NCBI GenBank assembly: GCA_021613535.1
Contig: CP075496.1
Location: forward strand, 12,462,001-12,526,000
Reading direction: 5' to 3'
From: Adineta vaga
Lineage: Eukaryota > Animalia > Rotifera
Length of the DNA: 64,000 nucleotides
Positions 36,076-51,700 of this stretch are shown here, in pieces. Position numbers and translations under genes: made by a program. The notes beneath the pieces were generated by a model that saw only the letters and a program-made list of their open reading frames with translations, searched no databases and was not told the DNA's origin. Position 1 is the first letter of the stretch; each line of letters begins with the position of its first letter.

Positions 36076-39000
36076 TGAATGAATAAGAATATGAAAATGA
36101 ATTTGAATTAGTCGGAATAAAAACTCGGCGTTTCTTTCTGATAAATATATGTATATATTCTAAATCAAAATTGAATTTGACTCGTTTGAATACTAGTTTT
36201 GTAGAAATGATAATCGAACATGTGTTAAATGCATTGAGCTTTGTCGAATAATAATTTTCACAATGATAATGGTAATAGGAGTCGTGGTAGCCGAACGACG
36301 TTATAATACAATTAAACCATTAGATGCCTTCGTCTAGAACAAAGAACAAGAGAGAAGAAAAAAAAATGAATACCCTTAATATATATCTATCTATATGTAT
36401 AGAGTGATTAACATGAGAGCATATACACATATATAGATTGAAAGTAAAAGATGTGAGAAGACAATACATGTATATATTCAACAATCCGATGAAGAGAATG
36501 AGAACGAAGAAGGAGAGATGAGTCAGTGTAATGTTATTGTACATGTCGAGTCAGTTTTATCATTAGAATCTTTCTATTCGATTAATCAAAGGAAAAGAAA
36601 AGGAAAGCAATGCAACGCAACGCAAAGCAAAGCAATAAGAAAGAAAGAAAGATCGACGAAGAAGTTATCATTCAATAGTCATAGGGTTATACCTGCAATC
36701 TTCTTTCGAAGAAGATAGTCGCTAGGGAAGAACGATATTATTCGGAAGAAAGAACGAGTCATCTACTATCACTTGCTGAAAGATGCATTTCATTAAGTTG
36801 TCTTCTGAGAACGCACATATATACATACTTCAATGCTCATCGTCGCCTTATCTCGATAGTGAGTCTAACGAGCTCTTCCAGTCATTCATTTATTCATTGA
36901 TTCATTTATATACATACAAACACACACATGTCTTATCTTATGCATTTTTTTCGCCTGCCTACGTTCACAATTGATTATGACGAACACGCAATTCGCGATC
37001 TCTGTGTTATGTGTACAGAGAAAAGTAGACGACGACAGGTTTCACACGCTGTCTATCTACTCGAGGGCATCAGGTCGATGCATCTTGAAAAACATACATA
37101 CATACATACATACATATATACACACATGCACCCGGATGTGATGGTATACTAATGATTACATCATTCACCTGTGTAATTCTTTCTTCCTATCTCTTGCTGT
37201 CTGATCGATAGGAGATAATCGGACTTTCATTGTTGGGATGTGTTTGTTTAGACACGCCGAATGATCTACTACTATGACTCCTAACTGAGTCTAACGAGCG
37301 ATCGATCACACATACACACACATATATATATATATATACATACCGAAACATGCAAAGATAATATGGACGAGTAAAAGTGTAAAGAAAGAATTGTTGGTGC
37401 CAATGCCTCTACTCGTCTTTGTAGCAATTGCAAGGATTCATCGCAGAATGATTGTTTTCTGTTGGTCTCAAGCAAACACATATGAACGGAAGAGAGAGAG
37501 GGAGAGCGGAATTTCACACATTGGACTGTTTAGATAAAATAAAACAAGAGAAAAAAATGAAGGGAAGCAACTGTTGATGTAGTGATTCCTGATATGAGTG
37601 TGCTCCATGCATGACGCAATCTGAATATAGTGGACTTTTATAGCTTACCAAAACAAAGAAAAATTATACAATATAAGCACTAGTCAGATTTAACTCAAGA
37701 ATGGTGATAATTTCTAATGAACAAATAATTTATTCACTGAAATTATATTAACACATACATTGTTGATATCTTTTAATAAACTAGTACGACATATTTCAAG
37801 GACCTTCCTAGTATTTACAAGCAGTTAAGTGAAGAACAGAAATGACAAAACCAAACTAACTTGAATATAAAGGAAGAATCTACAAAGCCTGAGTGCTCAC
37901 TTGGCATTGACTATGACTAGGAAATATATATATATACAAATATGGGAAAAATATAGAACATGAAGGATGATGTGTGTATGGGGGAGTATGGGCGTTGAAA
38001 ATTAAACATCAAGTTTTCTTTCGTTTTTGCTGTTGTTGATGTTATACTCAGCATGAATGATGATTGAATAACACTCTACATATAAATATACATTAGAGTC
38101 TTGCAGTAAAAGCAAAAGAGTGAATAAAACACGCCGTTCGATGAGCACAATGTAATGTAACAATCAGAGTAGTAAAGTCAGAAGGGGAGAGAGAAAGAGA
38201 AGAGAAGAGAAGAGAATGAGTATAAAAGAAACAAGAGAAAGAGAGAAAATGACATTGAACCTGCGACGTGATGTCCACTAAAGTCACGCACCATCAGTAA
38301 TGCCCCAAACAGAGACGAAGGAAATGCTAGCCAGTTCTTCCGTTCATCGCTGATATGGCTCAGATTGATTCATTCATTCAAACGTAATTGACCATGCAAA
38401 TATACATACATATATGTATGTATATATGTTGCATAAGAATTAGAGGCGATTCTAATCTCGATAGACACAAATTGTTACTTATAATGAGTAAAAAAGAAGA
38501 AAAGTAATTTGAGCTTTTAACCATTGATATCATCGATGTTATATCAAAGAAAAATTAGCTCAATTTCTTATTTGAATGAAACTCACTTACATTGTCTTCA
38601 TGCTCAAGAATGTGAATGAAAGAGAAAAAAAGAGAATTGATGTGATGTGTATAAAGATTTTTCTCTTTCTCCGCCTCTATAAGCATCAAATTTTCAATGC
38701 GTATTGATGAACAGTGAATGAAAGTGCGTACAAGAAAGAGGGAGAAAAAAAAGAGAAATGGCATCGTGTTGCACCAACATTACCATCCATCTAAGTGACC
38801 CATTTCCGGCTTGTTCAGCCGATAGCCATAACCATCGTAGCCTCATTATGATATAAAAACGAATACAAGGTTGACTAATATCTACCGTTGATATGAACAA
38901 ACTTAACTAGCATCAGTTGTCTCTTCTCACGACCCTTTCAAGATCAACGAAGCACATCATTTGCACATCAGAAGGAAATGAAAGTGATTTTTCTTTTGCT

Positions 39001-42000
39001 TTAATAATGATAACACAAATATATTGTCAATAGAGAGAAAACTACGTGACATGCTGCACATCCGTTTCCTCTGTTACCTATCTAGACATCTTATACCTTT
39101 TCTAGTTAGTGATGCGACCGTGTGCATCGGTCAGTGCACTAAAGATACATAACTACATTTATCTGTCGCCGTTCGATTACTTAATTTTCTTTGCTTTTAC
39201 TTCTTTTCAATGTTTCTAATTTGCTGCTTAATGAAGCAAACGAACAAGTCAGAATAGAATGAAAAAGAAAATGAGAATGACAACAGCAGTACAAGACGAG
39301 CTGTGCATTTAATTCACTTGATGAACAAAAACGAAAGGCGGACAGAAAGAGAGACACCAAATAAATCGAATTGAATGTATTCTTCGTTCATGATCATATT
39401 TCTCAAGATGTTTAAACAAGGATTTTGACAATCAATGAAAACACAAAAGAATAATATTTATACATTCTATTTTACTAGTGAATAAAATTTCGTTGTTCGA
39501 ACAGTATCTTAGTCAATGTCTATCATACAAACACAAAATAACATCAGTCGAGATAGATATACATAGATGTCTAAGACATGCTGAGATAAATAAGAATACT
39601 ACATTAGTAAAATATTCCTACTACTGTGATGATAGTAATTCTTTCAAGTGAATATTTGATATATGTAATATGGTTTCATAAGAGATGATGTCATCACTGA
39701 TCGATATACTGCTGATACGAAGATATGAGAAGATGATCTTATTAGATGTATTATTCTTTAAAATTTCTATAAAACTATAAAAAAAGATATATATATATAG
39801 AGATCATTATCAAGCGTAGTTGATCGATGATGAACACAAAGTATCTACATATATGGATGATGACAATGAATATAAAGAATATGGTACGCTTTGTATTACC
39901 TTGAGTAGACGACATACAATTTATTGAAAGTGTATTCATTGTATTTATTCTTCATCAATTTTTTAGTGACAACTAAAAGGTCGAATTTCTAGTCCAAGGC
40001 TGAACTTATCCGATATCATCATCATCATCATCTGATAGAAATACGATAGTATCAATGAACAAATTCATATTCGGAGAATAACAATTCAAGATACGTTTAA
40101 AAAAGAAAACAACAATCAAACTTACTTATATATTTTAATCATTATAACTATCAATATGAAATACATTCCCATTTCTTTTCTACATATTAATCGTTCGAAG
40201 AATTTTACTTTCTAGTTAGATTCATTCAGATAAGATCAAACCTTAGTAAGATTCTTATCTGTATTATACAATGTCGCTCATTTTACGGTTAAGAAGCTTT
40301 TTTAAAACGATCGTTCAATACAAAGATATTTAATGAAAAGTAGTCAACGACCTTCTCTTCACACATTTCTTTACTATGAAAGTATATAAAAAGACACAGT
40401 TCAAAAACGTAAATATCTTACTTATTAATTATATCGAGACGAATTCTCCACTACTGTGCGCACCAGTTCCTGCCAAGGTCAGACGAATGTCTACGGTAAA
40501 TGATGACAAAGAGAATAGTTAATTTCATACTACAATCGACTGATTAGATGTGACAGCATCACTTTTCATAATTTCTGTTCTTTGATACATTCTGAGTATA
40601 TACAAAGTAATAAGAGATGATCATTCTCAGTACGTTCATTAACATTGATTAATGAAAATATTTCATAAATAGTGATGTTCATTAGTACATAATTACAACT
40701 TAAGATAATTCATCAAAATCGATTGATGTTCGATCAATATGTTCATGTAATTATTCATCTAAAAACTTGAGACAACATTCTACATTCAACATTAGCATTA
40801 TTATCTTTCAAAGCATAAAAAAACTCATCAGTCAAAATCTTGATAGATAGTTCACTATTTCATCTTTGTTATATAATCCAGTTCTCAAATTCAAGGTTTT
40901 TCTTACTCTTTGACTTTTTTTTCATACTGTTGATCTGTTCTGTAATATACACATTTACATACAGAGAAGAAGAAGAAGAAAAAAACGATCGCTTCAAAGC
41001 ATAATTTTAATATCCTGTTCATATTGGATAATTAATACTTGTTATATTTGATTTCATATTCTTTTTGTCAGATGACATCAGTCATCGAATTCCATAGTAA
41101 TGTTTGTATATACACACATCTGTTCTTTAAAACATCTAATAAAGATTCTTTTTCAAAGGTTTCCATAGATATACACATAGGTCATATGAATTCAATAAGA
41201 GAAAAGTGTTATAAATGCATTCGTAATGGTAAGTCCATATCGACTCATGAAAATCGGACGAAGAACGATATGAATAATTTTGAAAAAAAAATGATCATCT
41301 ATTTGTATAAATCATGCTCACCTTCCACAACACGATTTTGACACATTTATTTGCTTAGAGAAACGAACCGCAAACACGAAGCAACATCAACAAGAGAAGA
41401 AAAAGAGAAAAGAAAACACGAATTCGAATGCAATGAGCACGCTTATACACCAAACACACACTGAAATTGAACTTGAGAAAGAACAAGAACAGAAGAGAAA
41501 AAAGATAAAATGAGTAAGGCTGTTGATGATGTTGATGTAAATATCAAGAGACGAAGACAAAAATCAAAATATGAGAACTTGTGTTCATATCGACAGACTG
41601 TATTCTTTTCTACGAAATAGGAAAAATAATCGTAAAACATACAGTAAATAGGATTGAAAATGAGTAATGAATGCGTCAGAACTCGAATAGAAACTATTTC
41701 TGATGACAAACATTCGTAGGGGAAGAAAACGGGAAGAAAAAGTAGAAGATTAATTATTAAAATTAAGAAGAATCTATCGATTTATTCTGACTTTCTGATT
41801 GTCATTGTCAGAAAGCGATAGATAGATACGTATGACAACAACATGGTAGAAATACTGTAGAAAAGAAGAGAGAGAAAAACAAAGAATTTTTAAAGCTTTT
41901 TCAACACACACACATATATATATATATGTAGATAGAAACTAATCTAGATTTTGCCATTGTGTATTGATACAGAAAGAAAAAGAAGAAATTTTGTTTATTT

Positions 42001-42162
42001 GTTTTTCTCTACTATATTATACTGTTGATCATTCTTAAATGATACTATTAGAAAATATTTTGTAGGTAAGATGTGTTTTGTTTGATAAGGAATCAAAAAA
42101 AGAAGAAAAAAGAAAGAGAGAGAGAGAGAGAGAAAGAAAGAAAAATGAGAAATGAAAACAGA

Positions 42163-44558
42163 TCAGACACGATTTTCTTCATTCATTGATTTTATTTTCG
42201 TTCCATTGATATTTCCACTTGAACCATTTCGTTCACTGAAATATTCGATAGGGACGATGGCTAAAAACAAACAAAAAAAAAGAATTAACATGTCGAAGAT
42301 ACAAAAATCATTTCATTTTGATTTTAAAATCGAAGAGGCAAAAGCAGAATATGTGTATCTACAAAGAGCGTATGCAAAGTGGAAGATCATTGATTTGATT
42401 TTATATAGCTCTAGTGCAAAATGAATATGTTTCGTTGATTTGTTTTTGTTTATCTTACCCACGCATATCATCGAGACCGTAAGCTGAAAAATATATCAAT
42501 CGTGACTATGATATTTATAGAAACTACTATGTAGCTTAAACTAATTCGAAAAAGATAGGTGCACAATGAGAAATTTGACTTGAATCAAAATTGAATAGAC
42601 AAAAATAAGGAATAGTTTTCCCATTTCATACCTCCTTCAGCATCAGTGACAATTGTTGGAAAATTGGGTCGAACACCAACAGTTTCATGTTCAATGGTTT
42701 TACCTTGTAATTGTTCACCGCATGCAGCACAATAGATACGAAGTGCGTATGCTGGTTCTCCATGTTGAAACAAATCAATACCTCGTAATTCTTCTTCATT
42801 GGAAACTTTTAATAAACGAACTAATTTAAGTACGAGAAAGAGAAGAGCAACAAAGATAGCTGTCCAAGCCATGACAACAGCTGCAGTACATAATGAATTG
42901 AGTAATCCCTATATAAATAAATCTTCTTTTTTAAACTTGTTCTCTATCGTCATTTTCATACCCGCCAACTTTCTCCAAAAGCTATTCGATAAATAATTGA
43001 GAGTGTTTCGTTTCCAAAACCACCGTCAGGATTGGCTTCAACTGTTCGTCTAAAGATTGGTATAGCAAAAATACCCCATAAACCACCACCAATATGAACT
43101 ATTGAATAAGAAAACAAAAGCAATTATATCAAAAATTCAAAGTAAATATTTGTTTGTTGACAATATACCAGCTGCAGTTTCAACAGGATCATCAACACGA
43201 AGTTTAATTAATAATTTACTCCATAATAAGAAACTTAATGCAGCAATAAAACCGACAATAATAGCAGACCATGGATTATAAGTAACAGCTCCACCAGCAA
43301 CAGCAACCATACCAGCTAAAATTGAATTGACAGTTGATAAAAACACACGTCGTTTAAGATGACGAGATGGTTTTTTAATTGCTAAAGAAAACTCAGTTGC
43401 AATTTATTTCGTTTCTAAATAATGTATCATACTTTCAATAAGACGTTGTAATATATAATAAGTTGCTCCCGATGTTGCACCTGATAAAACTGTATTGATT
43501 AGACCATGTCCAACACGATCACCATAGGCTACACCTGTAATACGATGATCGGCACCCGAATTAAGTACAAAAAAACCGAATGCAACAAGAATTGCACCAA
43601 CCGATGTTATCTAAATTATTCATAATTCTATATTATTTTACTTATTAAAGAAAAACATCTTTTTTTATTTACGGGTATACTATGACCAAATAAAGGTAAT
43701 GTACGTGGTTCGAAACGGCCAAAACGTGGTCCCAAAAAGATTGTTCCAATTAAAGCAGCTACACCTGCTGTTAAATAAATGATTGCACTACCTCCATAAT
43801 CCTATTTTGAAAAATGAAATTATATTTAAACAGACATGCTGTTAATACATACTCGTGCACCAACAACATCACCAAGCCAACCATTTGCACCCCACATCCA
43901 ATGTGAAAGGAATGGATAAACAAAGCCTAGGAAAAAAATATACATATAACTCAAGATTTATCTCTGAAGGGAATTTATTATACCAGCCATTATAATTGAG
44001 AAAAGTACATAAACGATAATTTGACATCGTTCAGCAAATGCACTTGCAGCAATATTTGTTACAAGAAAGGCAATCATATAATGATAAAAGAAATGAATGT
44101 ATGGATCTTGATTATTCAAATTATAGAGATTATTTGAATTTGTAAAATTTTCTACGCCTGGAGTTAGATCTTTTGCACCAAAACGTTCACTTGCCCAAAA
44201 ACGTGTACCTAAGATAACATTAGGATTACCACCAAAAGCAAATGCATAACCAGTAATCCAATAAGCAAGTGCCGATGTAACTAAAATTCATTTTCAATCT
44301 TTGATACTTATCATCCTATATTCTTTCACTTACTGAAGATCACAAGTGTTTTAAAAAGACTATGACCTGCATTTTGACTTCGAACACCACCTGATTCGAT
44401 GAGTGTGTAACCACAGCTCATTACTAAAAGATAACAAAATAATTTTTCACACATAGATTTAAAAGAAAAAGAATTTCCTTACAGAAAATAACAACTCCAT
44501 TGAACAGAAGAAAGAAACTTTCAACTGCTTGTTGTAATTGATCAAGTGTCGCCGCCAT
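42163..44558 (-). CDS. Ammonium transporter (Amt/Mep/Rh superfamily, animal Amt-like) with atypical pore residues, multi-exon
   Basis: ESGGVRSQNA, YWITGYAFAFG, AER, YPFLSHWMW..GWL, LGPRFGRF, GHS, NSILAGMVAV, VDDPVETAAVHIGGGLWG, EEELRGIDLFQHGEPAY. Confidence 0.92.
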
Positions 44559-45773
44559 TAGTAATTTCTATCGTCAACTATTTCAATATGATACCTAATG
44601 AAGTTTTCTATTCTTTGTCTAGAATAAACACAGACAGACAATACATAGATACATATTTCAAGGTTTTATATAAAAGTAAATTGTTTTATTTTTGAGGTTA
44701 TGAATTTAAAAAAAACAACAATCAATACATCACGTGAAATCTTTTCATTGTTATATTGATTGATTTTCGACATGTGATGCTCGTTATCCGCACTAACTGG
44801 TAAAACGATATCACGTCTCATCTCTTACTACAAACACCGACTGTGAAACAACATCATACATATAAAACTTCATCGAATAAAATATCTTATCAATTCTATT
44901 CTATTTGTACGTGTAAAAATGCTTAATAGAATTAATCTCTTTTCAATATATATATATATAATCCAGGGAACTTGGTTTGTTTATTCATATGTTATAGAAA
45001 AAGAAAATGTTTTTATAAAAAATACTCACTACTTTGGAATAGAAAAAAGAAAACTTAAACTATACTCTCGGCTGATAACTCGAACAGTTTAACTTTTATT
45101 TAATGCCACGAGAAAACGAGATAGATGTATATAGAAATTGAGTCCGAAAAAATACCAACACAAATGCAAACGAGAATCGAGAGAATGTGAGAAGAAGAAA
45201 AAAAAGAAGATCTGTTTTCTCTTTCGTTTATTCGATTGCCGCTCCTGACGAGAAAGAATAGTCCGAGCACGAACTAAATGACGTAATCCGATCTTTCAGA
45301 TTCACTCATTCATTTTTATTCTCTCTTCCTCTCTCCTTCGCCTTTCTCTCGGTACTTTTTGAATGAAGACAACAAGGCAATTCAAGTATTGTTTCTGCGT
45401 CGACACATCATCACACGAAAACGAACTCAATTGATAATGTCGATACTGAGAAAATGAAAATGTATGGATCTATATATAGACACACACATATAAATATATA
45501 TTTTATGGCTCTAAGTAATGATTGTTGAAAAGAACATATAACATAGTCATATGTATTTCAAATGGTTTTGTGCTTCCTTCATTTTTTTATATGTCTATTA
45601 CTGTAACTATTTGAATAAATCTACACGTACCTACCGTTTTTTCTTCTCTCTTATGTATGCTTATTGATGCCAATAATATATAACGAGAAAAAGTCTACAA
45701 CAAAATGTATTTGGTTGTTCTATCCTTTCAATATATGATTGTAATCATAATCAGACAGTTCGTTTCTTACTCT

Positions 45774-45796
45774 GACAGGACAGGACAGGACAGGAC
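45774..45796. repeat. (GACAG)n microsatellite
   Basis: Direct reading: gacaggacaggacaggacaggac. Confidence 0.8.
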
Positions 45797-48700
45797 AACC
45801 TCTTGTACAGTACTTTATGAATCTAATCTCAATATATGATAATATCATTGACATTTTTTCTATCATTTCTGACCATCTCTTGTCTTTTTGGACATACCAT
45901 GATCAATAGTTGATATACATATATATATATATATATGTGAATATACGCTTGGATTAGAACTATTATCATTATCCTGACAATTTAACTCTATATTTATTTA
46001 CAATAAATTGATAGAAAGAAAGAAATCTTTATGAATAATATCGTTTGGTCTTGTAGTAAAAATAAATTATTTTCATAACTGAATAATAATTTACTACTGT
46101 TCAATTGTAAATTAGATTTAGAAAGAAGAGTCTCTTTTCGCTTTTGTTATTCTAGACTTCTCTTTTTTTTTGCTCTAGGTTTTTCCTTAATATGATGATG
46201 CCCTGATTTATATTCATAACACAAGAAATGGATGTTGTTTCCTCTCTCGATATAATTGTGTCGACACAATTCATATTTTTCTCCGTTACTAGTTTGACTC
46301 GTTAGTTCTCTCGATTTAGTCACAGCACATCGAAAGCTCCAACATAGTAGACGATAGAATTAGAACTGATAAGAAGAAAAAAAAGAGATCGAAGCAAGAG
46401 AGACTTTCTCGTTTTCGAGAAATGAGATTGAGTTTCAGGATGTACGGCCAGTGTATGTATAGTTCACTCTTTATGAACGCTGTTCACTTCAATGCTCAAG
46501 AGATTTAATTATCATGCAAATAATTTACTATAGAAAAGTCATTGTTGAGTTTATTGGAAATATGCCAATATAGTCATCATTCTTTGATCTTTTTACTGAT
46601 ATAAAACAAAAGAACAATAGTTTCTCTTATTCTGTAGAAAACAAAGACATTACTGTAGATGATCTATCTTTCTTTCTTTCTCTCTTATACAATGTGCAAG
46701 TAGTAATACTATTTAGCAATTCCAATTGAGCTTTTTCAATATTAGTTAAAAACTCGAATCCCATTGGAACAAACTTGCAAAATAGATGAATATCTTTGTA
46801 ATGACAATAAGAACAGTAGAAAGAAAAAAAGAAACTTACGAATGTATTATTGGGAACAATGTCTTTTTCAATGTAGTTTGTATGATTTGAAGCGTTCGAA
46901 AAGATCGCTGTATTGGCAATTGATGGATTAGATTCAACGATATAACAGGATGTAAAACGAAGGAGAACGAGAATAAGAGAGGAAAAAACGAAAAAAAAGA
47001 ACAAGAAATGAAGACAAATACTTAAAAAAAGAATTAAAGAGAGAGAGAGAGAGGACAAGGAAAAGGTGAGATCCCATCATCTCAAAAGTGTGCTGAACCA
47101 TATGAGTCCAGCAAAGGTCAAGTTTTACGAGGAGAATTGCTCTAGCACGTCGTGTTTGTATACAGGTGTCGATCGATTGTGAAGAAAGAGGAAAAGAGAG
47201 AGAGAGAGAGAAAACGACGAAGTAATAGGTAGCTCGAATGAATGATGAAGAAAAAAAAATTGGCTCACTCGTACTTGTCAGTACCATGAGTAGTAATTAA
47301 ATAACATTGATGTATATATATTTTTTTCAATCATCTTACATATCTTTCTATTGAAAGTTTTAACGAATGAATGAAACTGACCAAATGACTTAAGTTTATA
47401 CGATAGACAATCAGTGGAATTATCGTATAAGATGCAAAAGAAAATCGATCTATCTAGAAATGTGAACGTGTTGTTATTCGAACGCTTAAAGCTTAACTAG
47501 TCAGTCAACAAGTAGAATAGCATCTATTGCTGATGATAGTAATCGATTGAAATTCAAGAACAAGTATACTATCAATGTTGTCGATTGCATAAATCCCTTA
47601 CGTATGCAATGTATGCCAAGTTCATAGACATACATACATATATACATACATACCTACATACACATTCTCATACAATAAGTCGATATATTCATTACTCGAT
47701 CTTATACAAGCGTATTTACTCTATAGGGACAAAACTGACAATTATCAGAACACCATGTTCATAGAAGAGAAGGTTATTTCTTTATTATAACTATACTATT
47801 TCTATGTGCTTTTTCACTCAACGCAAGAGCTCTCTATTGCGCTCGCGCGCGACTAATCCAATGTTTACTAGAGGAAGGCGGAGGAGGAGGAGTAGTAAAA
47901 GAGTGAATGTGCTTATATACAATCGCCACAATACAATCATAATTCGTTGTCGTGTCCGACATAGGGACAAACTACATGAATCTGCTCTTTCTTTCTCTCT
48001 TTCTTTCTTGTTTAGAAAGATAATTGAATGTGCTATGTAGTCAATGATATAGTGGTCATCTGATACATGCACTTTCTTTTGGTCTTTTTTTCTTATTATT
48101 ATTCATTCTCTCTTTTCGATATAACAGATTAAGCAAGTGTTGAATTCGTCACTTTTTTTAAAATCAGCATTGTTACCTTTACACAAAGATATCGATGAAC
48201 GAAGTGGTTACTGAGTTCGATATATGTATCATTTTTCAAGTATATAACTGAGCATGCAAACTCTTTTCTTTTATCGTTGATAAACGAGGAAATGGACTTC
48301 TATACTTGTCTTTTTAACCCTGCTCTCTCACACACACACATACATACACACACACTCAATTTCTTATAAGCTATGGTTTACTTCAAGATAAAAATCGATC
48401 ATATTTTCTTAAACTAAATGATAAATTATTCAAACACTCACAGTATACCATAGACGTTTATATGTATCTAAACATCAAACAATTCGATGATCATTATGAT
48501 TTCCCTGTATAGTCCATCAACTAAATGAATGTAATCATTTTTTAGACATTAAACCTTTTTGCACTATATATATATATATATATACAGATAGATTCAATAT
48601 CTTCGTCAGTCTAGATGTCTCAATGGAGTTTTATACAATAGTAATGTATATATATTTTTTTTTCATTTTAGTTTTATCTATCAAGAGAGATAAAGAAGAA

Positions 48701-51700
48701 GAATAGAATAGAAAAGAATAGAATAGATCGTTGTTCAATTTAATATACAAGGCTGATCATATTTCGAAGTGTCTATCTTCCATAGTCAGAGGTCAATATT
48801 TACTGGCATTTTAAGTAAAAGACATCGAACAAAAAACGGAAGAAGCCTTTTTTTTTATCAATGACTTTGTCTTCTTACCCTCTGTAATATTATTTGATCG
48901 ACTATTGTTGTTCTGTCTGTCTGAAGTGGCATTATTCATTTATGTCCGATGACGAGACTATAATGTAAGGGTAGAGGGCATCTTCCATCTTCTATCTATT
49001 TTATTCGTATTTTCTTCTTCTTTTCTCTTCATCGATCGATCGATCTTTCTTAGTTGTATTTATAATGATCACGTCGTACACAAACATAATAAAGAACGTA
49101 CAGAATGAACAAAACAGATGGTCGTCGTTCTGATATGGACAACGAAGATGATGATGATGATGAGGATGATAGTTTACGTCTTTCTTTTATACTTGTTTAA
49201 TAGAACGTGGCGTTTTTCCATTTTGATTATAAGGTTAATCGCCTCCCGTAGTATAAGAAACAACGAATGAGAAAAACATTTGTCTCATCTCTACCTCTAT
49301 TCCTCTTCAATCTAGTTGCCTCGAAGTGATTTCTAACTATAGCACACATGTATATATATATATATCCGATGATGATGATGATGTTGTTATTACTATATGT
49401 TCTGATTGCACGTACGCAATGAGTGAGAGAAATCAAGTAATCAAATCAAATTGCATTAACACATCAAATATCTAATGATCGATTCTCTCATTAAACCAAT
49501 AAGATTTTTCTTTGTTATCAAATGATAACAGCAAAAAGAGAAAGAATTTGTTTGATTTTATTTTTTTCTTTATTCAAAAGATAAAATCAAAATGGATATG
49601 TAATTCCTAGACAGTTTGTTCGATTGATTATTCTTTTTTCTTTTTTTTTGTTCAGACAATTCATATCATAACGATCGATTGAGCATATAGTTCTACCTCA
49701 ATGTTCTTATTCTAGCGTGCTTATTCGCATTTGTCGTTTATCAATTGATATTTATTTGAAATGTAATTTGAGTACAAAAGCAAATTGTGCCTATGATTTT
49801 TCAACATATTTAAAAAAAAAGAAGGAAAGATGATAATAGCAGCAAAATGAAAGGAAATGATTGATACTAAACGATTAGTATTACATATACTAAATGAAAG
49901 AATCTGTCGTTCAACCGAAAATAATACTTAAATAGAGGTCAAAAAGATTGAAATTGTCCAAGGATATCATTCGAGATTGATGATACAATCATTTACAACA
50001 AAAAAAGAAACGATTAATACATATTGTACAAATTACATCGAACAAGACAACTAAAAACGAATGAAATGATTATATATGTACTTCAAGATCATTTGTTTGT
50101 TGAATTGCGATTATAATATATAGAAGATTGTTATCAATAAGATGATATTTCTATCAATCAACAGTTGGTATAAATACTATGCATTGATTCCAAAAAAAGA
50201 GATATTTGATGTCTCATAAAAATCTTTCGAATATTCAAGAATTATTTAGGATAAGATTACATATAATTATACTTGATTTCAATGAATCTTCATTATTAAT
50301 TTATACATTATAGTGACATCTCGTCTTTTTCTTTCTCTTAATAATCTATTCTGACTAGGTTTGACAGCGAATTCTTAATCAATTATTTGATATGATTCAA
50401 TGCAGACAATGTCGATGAATCAGTTTCTATAAGACTATTTCAAAAAAATGTGTTCTCTCTCTCTCTCTCTCTGTGTCTCGGAATATTCAATCTCGATTGA
50501 TAAGAAAATTAATGAAGCTCTCAATTGCAAAAACCAAATCATTATACAATCTTTAGATTACTTATCTATTTTTCTACCATAAGAATATGTGAAACTTGTA
50601 ACTATCCATAGATCTCTATCTCGACATACTTTGATAGATTAGTAAACATTTTTTCACATTTACTACTATTTCGCTCTCTCTCCTTCTGTTGTTGATATCA
50701 AAATACGTTAATCTAAATCATATGTTTATATTATTTCTAGTAAACGTAAGAAAATTAATTAATAATAATGACATTCTATTACTGTCGCAAAGAAAAATAT
50801 ATGATCCACTACATCGGATATTTATTTTATATATTTATATATATATATATATATATCTATCTATATCTTTTTTCTTAATCGTGTTTTCTTTCCGATCAAT
50901 TGACATCTATTAAAAATAAAGAATACGAATAAACAATTTTTTATTCAAGTATTATCTCTTTCATAATGATACGTTTTTTCTTCTTCTATGATTAAATGAC
51001 TTTTTCATATTCTGAAACGATTCATTAGAATTCATATGTTGATATTATGACAAACAGTTCTAGTTTCTCTTACAATCTTATTGATTAATAGTTGATATAT
51101 TGTTTATAAAAATAAATATAAGTTTTAAATTATTAAACAATAGAAACTATATAACAAGTAGTAAGATAGAAATATCTTATATGTATATTTATATATATAT
51201 ATATAACTCTCGACATCTGAAGGATAATCAATGGTTTATCTGTAATTCTAATAGAAATCTATCTTAAGCTATATATCTTCTACTTCTTTCTTCTTTGATG
51301 TATGCTATTATTAGTAATGTATAATAGATGGTAGTCATCGTATAACGCTTTGTTGAGAGCCAATAAATTCCTCTGTCTTTATTCGTCTTTGGTCTCATCT
51401 TCCTTTTACTTTGCTATGCATTGCATTTCTTTTGTCCTTTTTCTTCTGATAGTCGATCCATCAGTCGACGCCAAGTGAGATTAACGAGCTTGCGTATTCG
51501 AAAACACATCGAGAGAAGAGCGTCATTGCACGGTCGCTCGAGAGTCAGTAGATGATCGATGAATGATGTCGATGATAATAATGATGATAGAATGATGCGA
51601 CATCAACAAGAGTACTTATGCTCTCTTATCTTCATCTATACTTGGATGGCTAATAAGTAGCAAATAATTGAACAACTTATTTCTTACATAAATTTGTTCA

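Noticed and set aside
36300-42100. Numerous 60-100 aa ORFs rich in F/L/I/Y
   Set aside because: They derive from AT-rich and microsatellite sequence, with no domain motifs or consistent exon structure.
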